Of a stretch of DNA of 43,448 bases, positions 40,588 to 43,448 are shown one piece after another. The stretch is from a virus (taxonomy: Duplodnaviria > Caudoviricetes), in the IMG/VR virus record IMGVR_UViG_3300035675_000013, positions 1-43,448 of that record. One strand, given 5' to 3'. A program made the position numbers and the translations under genes. A model generated the notes under the pieces. That model saw nothing but the letters and a program-made list of their open reading frames with translations, made no database searches and was not told the origin of the DNA. Position 1 is the stretch's first letter. The number at the start of each line of letters is the position of its first letter.

Positions 40588-42255
40588 GTGCAGCCGCGCG
40601 ATTACCAACAGTACGGTGTTGATTGTCTCTGGCGATACTTCGCCGAAGGCAACACCGGCCACCCGATTGTGGCAATGCCGACCGGAACCGGCAAGTCTGT
40701 GGTAATCGCGCAATTTTTGAAGGAAGCTTTTCAACAGTATCCGCGCACGCGGTGCATGCTGCTTTCGCACGTCAAGGAAATACTACAGCAGGATCTGACG
40801 TGTCTGTTGCGTTTGTGGCCGACGGCTCCTGTGGGAGTCTACTCCGCCGGTCTTGGGCGCAAAGAAGCCTACGCACCTATCACGGTGGCAGGCATTGGAT
40901 CTGTAATAGACTGTGCGTCGGCTTTCGGCTTCATAGACTTTGTTGTCATTGACGAATGCCACTTGGTGTCCCCCAAAGAAGACACCATGTATCAAACACT
41001 ACTGCGCGACTTGCGGGCGACCAATCCACGACTTAAGGTGATCGGCTTGACCGCAACACACTACAGGCTAGGACAAGGCGATCTGACGGATGGGGGCCTC
41101 TTCACCGACGTAGCTGCGGATATGACGGCGATGGATGTCTTCAACTGGTTTGTCGATGAAGGCTATCTGTGTCCGCTTATTGCGCGGCCAACTGAAACAG
41201 AGTTGTCCGTTGAAGGCGTACAGATTCGACAAGGCGAATACAATCAAAAGCAGCTGCAGGGCGCAGTAGACAAAGCGGAGGTCACGCGGGCGGCACTTGC
41301 AGAGGCCTTGCGACTAGGCGGCAATAGATCGCACTGGCTCGGCTTCGCAAGCGGTATTGAACACGCCGAGCATTGTGCTCAGTTCTGCACCGAAATGGGT
41401 GTCAGCTCTACGGTTGTCCACAGCAAGATGCCGGACGCTGAGCGGGATGCGCGCATTGCTGCCTTTCGTGCGGGTGAGTTTCGCGCGTGCTTCAATAACG
41501 GAGTGCTGACTACCGGATTCGACTTCCCCGCCATTGACCTGATACTAATGCTGCGCCCGACAGTATCCCCGGGTCTACATGTACAAATGCTAGGTCGCGG
41601 AGGGCGCGCTGTGTACGCTCACGGCTTCGACTTGTCCACAACGAAGGGTAGACTAGATGCCATCAAAGCGTCACAAAAACCCAATTGCTTGGTTCTCGAC
41701 TTCGCTGGCAATGTTCGGCGCCTCGGCCCGGTTAACGATCCTGTCACACCTAAGAAAAAAGGCGCAGGCAAGGGCGAGGCTCCTGTTAAGGTCTGTGAAG
41801 GATGCCACAGTTACTGTCATGCGAGCGCGCGAGTCTGTCCCTACTGCGGAGCCGCCTTCCAGATCAAAGTCCGATTCAAAGCGCAAGCGGCAACAGACGA
41901 GATCCTAAAGCGTGACAGTGCTCCGGAAATCATCGACGTTCCGGTAGACCGCGTATCCTACCACATTCACACCAAACGCCAGTTTGCCGGAGACAACACA
42001 AGCGCCGAATCGCGGCGTGAAAGCTTGAAGGCAAGCTATCATTGTGGACTACGCATATTCCACGAATGGCTATGCTTCGAGCATGAGGGATTCCCAAGGC
42101 ACAGGGCGCATACATGGTGGCGCGAACACGCCAATACGCAGCCTCCGCGCACAGTGATGGAGGCGATGAAGCGCTTGACGGAATTGCGGGTCCCGAAGAT
42201 AATCCGAGTGTGGATCAACAAACAATATCCGGAGGTACGAGGTCATGTCTTCTAG
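40588..42255 (+). CDS. Superfamily 2 DNA helicase with zinc finger (RadD-like); exact start uncertain
   Basis: PRDYQ, PTGTGKS, DECH, LTAT, LTTGFDFP, QMLGRGGR, CEGC...CPYCG. Confidence 0.93.
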   Translation: MQPRDYQQYGVDCLWRYFAEGNTGHPIVAMPTGTGKSVVIAQFLKEAFQQYPRTRCMLLSHVKEILQQDLTCLLRLWPTAPVGVYSAGLGRKEAYAPITVAGIGSVIDCASAFGFIDFVVIDECHLVSPKEDTMYQTLLRDLRATNPRLKVIGLTATHYRLGQGDLTDGGLFTDVAADMTAMDVFNWFVDEGYLCPLIARPTETELSVEGVQIRQGEYNQKQLQGAVDKAEVTRAALAEALRLGGNRSHWLGFASGIEHAEHCAQFCTEMGVSSTVVHSKMPDAERDARIAAFRAGEFRACFNNGVLTTGFDFPAIDLILMLRPTVSPGLHVQMLGRGGRAVYAHGFDLSTTKGRLDAIKASQKPNCLVLDFAGNVRRLGPVNDPVTPKKKGAGKGEAPVKVCEGCHSYCHASARVCPYCGAAFQIKVRFKAQAATDEILKRDSAPEIIDVPVDRVSYHIHTKRQFAGDNTSAESRRESLKASYHCGLRIFHEWLCFEHEGFPRHRAHTWWREHANTQPPRTVMEAMKRLTELRVPKIIRVWINKQYPEVRGHVF

Positions 42256-42333
42256 TTGCTTTTGGATGGCAGACACAGCTTTGGCCGCGCTACTGCTCGT
42301 TATTGCTGTGAGCGCCTTGCGTTCGGTACGAAA

Positions 42334-42552
42334 ATGACTGTGCCTATCATCGATGTTCCTCGCTTACAGATGCGCGAAATCCTGGCAGGACGCTGGCGTT
42401 GCTGTTGGAATTGCGATCATTGGAAAGAACATGTGGACAACAAAGGCGAAGATTTGCGGGAGCCCCGCTGTGAACACTTTGGTGAGCGCCCGCCAACTGA
42501 GGTAATCATCGTCGGGTGCTCCGACTGGTTTGCCTCTGGGATACCCTTCTGA
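42334..42552 (+). CDS. Cys-rich hypothetical protein
   Basis: CCWNCDHW...C..F..RPP.EVI..GC..W...IPF. Confidence 0.7.
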   Translation: MTVPIIDVPRLQMREILAGRWRCCWNCDHWKEHVDNKGEDLREPRCEHFGERPPTEVIIVGCSDWFASGIPF

Positions 42553-42764
42553 TGTTAGCTGCGCTACTGTTTATCTCCGCGGCGCCTACGGTGTTAGCCG
42601 AAGTCACACATTGTGTGATGTGTCCAGCTTGCGACTATAGCGCGCAAGTAGCGGGGCACTGGCTAGACTACTTCAGTGCCGATGCGCCACACGTGTTTCA
42701 GCAACACGATACGTTATGCTACGCGTGTCGGAGAGCTAGGCAAACAATTTCGCAGGGTGCGTAG
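42552..42764 (+). CDS. Small Cys-rich protein with a hydrophobic, signal-like N-terminus
   Basis: TGATG overlap; MLAALLFISAAPTVLA|EV; CPAC...CYAC. Confidence 0.5.
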   Translation: MLAALLFISAAPTVLAEVTHCVMCPACDYSAQVAGHWLDYFSADAPHVFQQHDTLCYACRRARQTISQGA

Positions 42765-42852
42765 AATACTGCGCAGTTAGCGCGTCAAAGTGCGCAACCT
42801 ATTACGCAGCTATAGCTACAGTGCGCTAAGCAAAACATAATGATTTCAATAT

Positions 42853-42887
42853 TTTGCAAGTAGCTTGCAAACTGGCATGCAAATAGC
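42853..42887 (+). promoter_or_regulatory. Palindrome plus sigma54-like -24/-12 element
   Basis: TTTGCAAG-TAG-CTTGCAAA (42853-42871); CTGGCATGCAAATAGC with GG-N10-GC (42874-42887). Confidence 0.4.
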
Positions 42888-42904
42888 AATAGCTACAAAA
42901 CATC

Positions 42905-43159
42905 ATGCTACTAATTGCAAATCTCCGGTATTGTGCCGAAAGCTACCACGAAGCTGGCCTGCATAGATACGCACAGTGGCTTGCTAACACGGCTACTCGT
43001 ATGCAGCACGAGCAATCGGCTACGTGCGCTACGCGTAAGCTCACACTTCAAGAGCAACTTGCACGCTGGGACAGCATGCCCTGGTATGATGAGCACGACG
43101 AGCTGTGCTTTTGCGTCAACTGCATGAGCCGCGCCAGTACGCGCAGCCGAAAGACATAA
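42905..43159 (+). CDS. Hypothetical protein
   Basis: First ORF after the control region; H...CFCVNC. Confidence 0.55.
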   Translation: MLLIANLRYCAESYHEAGLHRYAQWLANTATRMQHEQSATCATRKLTLQEQLARWDSMPWYDEHDELCFCVNCMSRASTRSRKT

Positions 43160-43160
43160 A

Positions 43161-43247
43161 ATGTCCGACATTACGCTACTATTTGGTTGCGCACTCGTGA
43201 TAATAAGCGTTATTCTCTACTTGCGTGTCAAAGCGGGAATGAAGTGA
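43161..43247 (+). CDS. 28-aa single-pass membrane peptide
   Basis: MSDITLLFGCALVIISVILYLRVKAGMK; fills the gap. Confidence 0.5.
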   Translation: MSDITLLFGCALVIISVILYLRVKAGMK

Positions 43248-43257
43248 GGAGATAGCA

Positions 43258-43361
43258 ATGGCCAACATGTCATACTGCAGATTCGAGAACACAGCTGATG
43301 AGCTTGCGGACTGCCTTGAGCACATCGACGACGACAAACTGTCTCCAGATGAAGAGATCGC
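43258..43361 (+). CDS. 5' part of the join-spanning protein (MANMSYCRFENT...)
   Basis: GAGGAG RBS; continues in frame through the copy at 1-136. Confidence 0.85.
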
Positions 43362-43448
43362 CTGCGGATCTAGACAATGCGCTCGAAGCTCTCGAAGAGG
43401 CTCTCGGCGCCGAGCTGACAGAGTCCGGAGAATACAGCCGCGGGCAAG
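43356..43448. repeat. Exact copy of 587-679 joined through GATCGC microhomology
   Basis: 43356-43448 equals 587-679; GATCGC is present at 61-66 and at 587-592. Confidence 0.92.

Overview
An essentially complete ~43.3 kb dsDNA tailed-phage (siphovirus-type) genome. Bases 1-66 recur at 43296-43361 and a small gene reads across that join, so the unit genome is about 43,295 bp and circularly permuted. The last ~90 bp are a chimeric or deletion junction. The + strand carries small early genes, a GT-A glycosyltransferase-like gene, Sak4-like ATPase, SSB, Cas4-like exonuclease, SF2 helicase, a beta-clamp-like protein and a family A DNA polymerase. The - strand carries an HTH regulator, primase-helicase, a probable iteron origin, HNH nuclease, DnaA-C-domain protein, resolvase, TerS, endolysin, holin, TerL, portal, scaffold, capsid, neck, tail tube, frameshifted chaperones, tape measure, tail tip and a large fibre-like protein. 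The gene set recalls Pseudomonas phage 73/Burkholderia KL1-like phages (my recollection, not a search result). No integrase was recognised. The most unusual features are a 60-nt tRNA-like element lacking an anticodon arm, two morphogenesis-operon proteins with Sec-type signal peptides, a TerL with Ser in place of the Walker A Lys, a zincin peptidase split by a single in-frame TAA, and three apparently leaderless promoters. All product calls come from motif recognition and synteny only.
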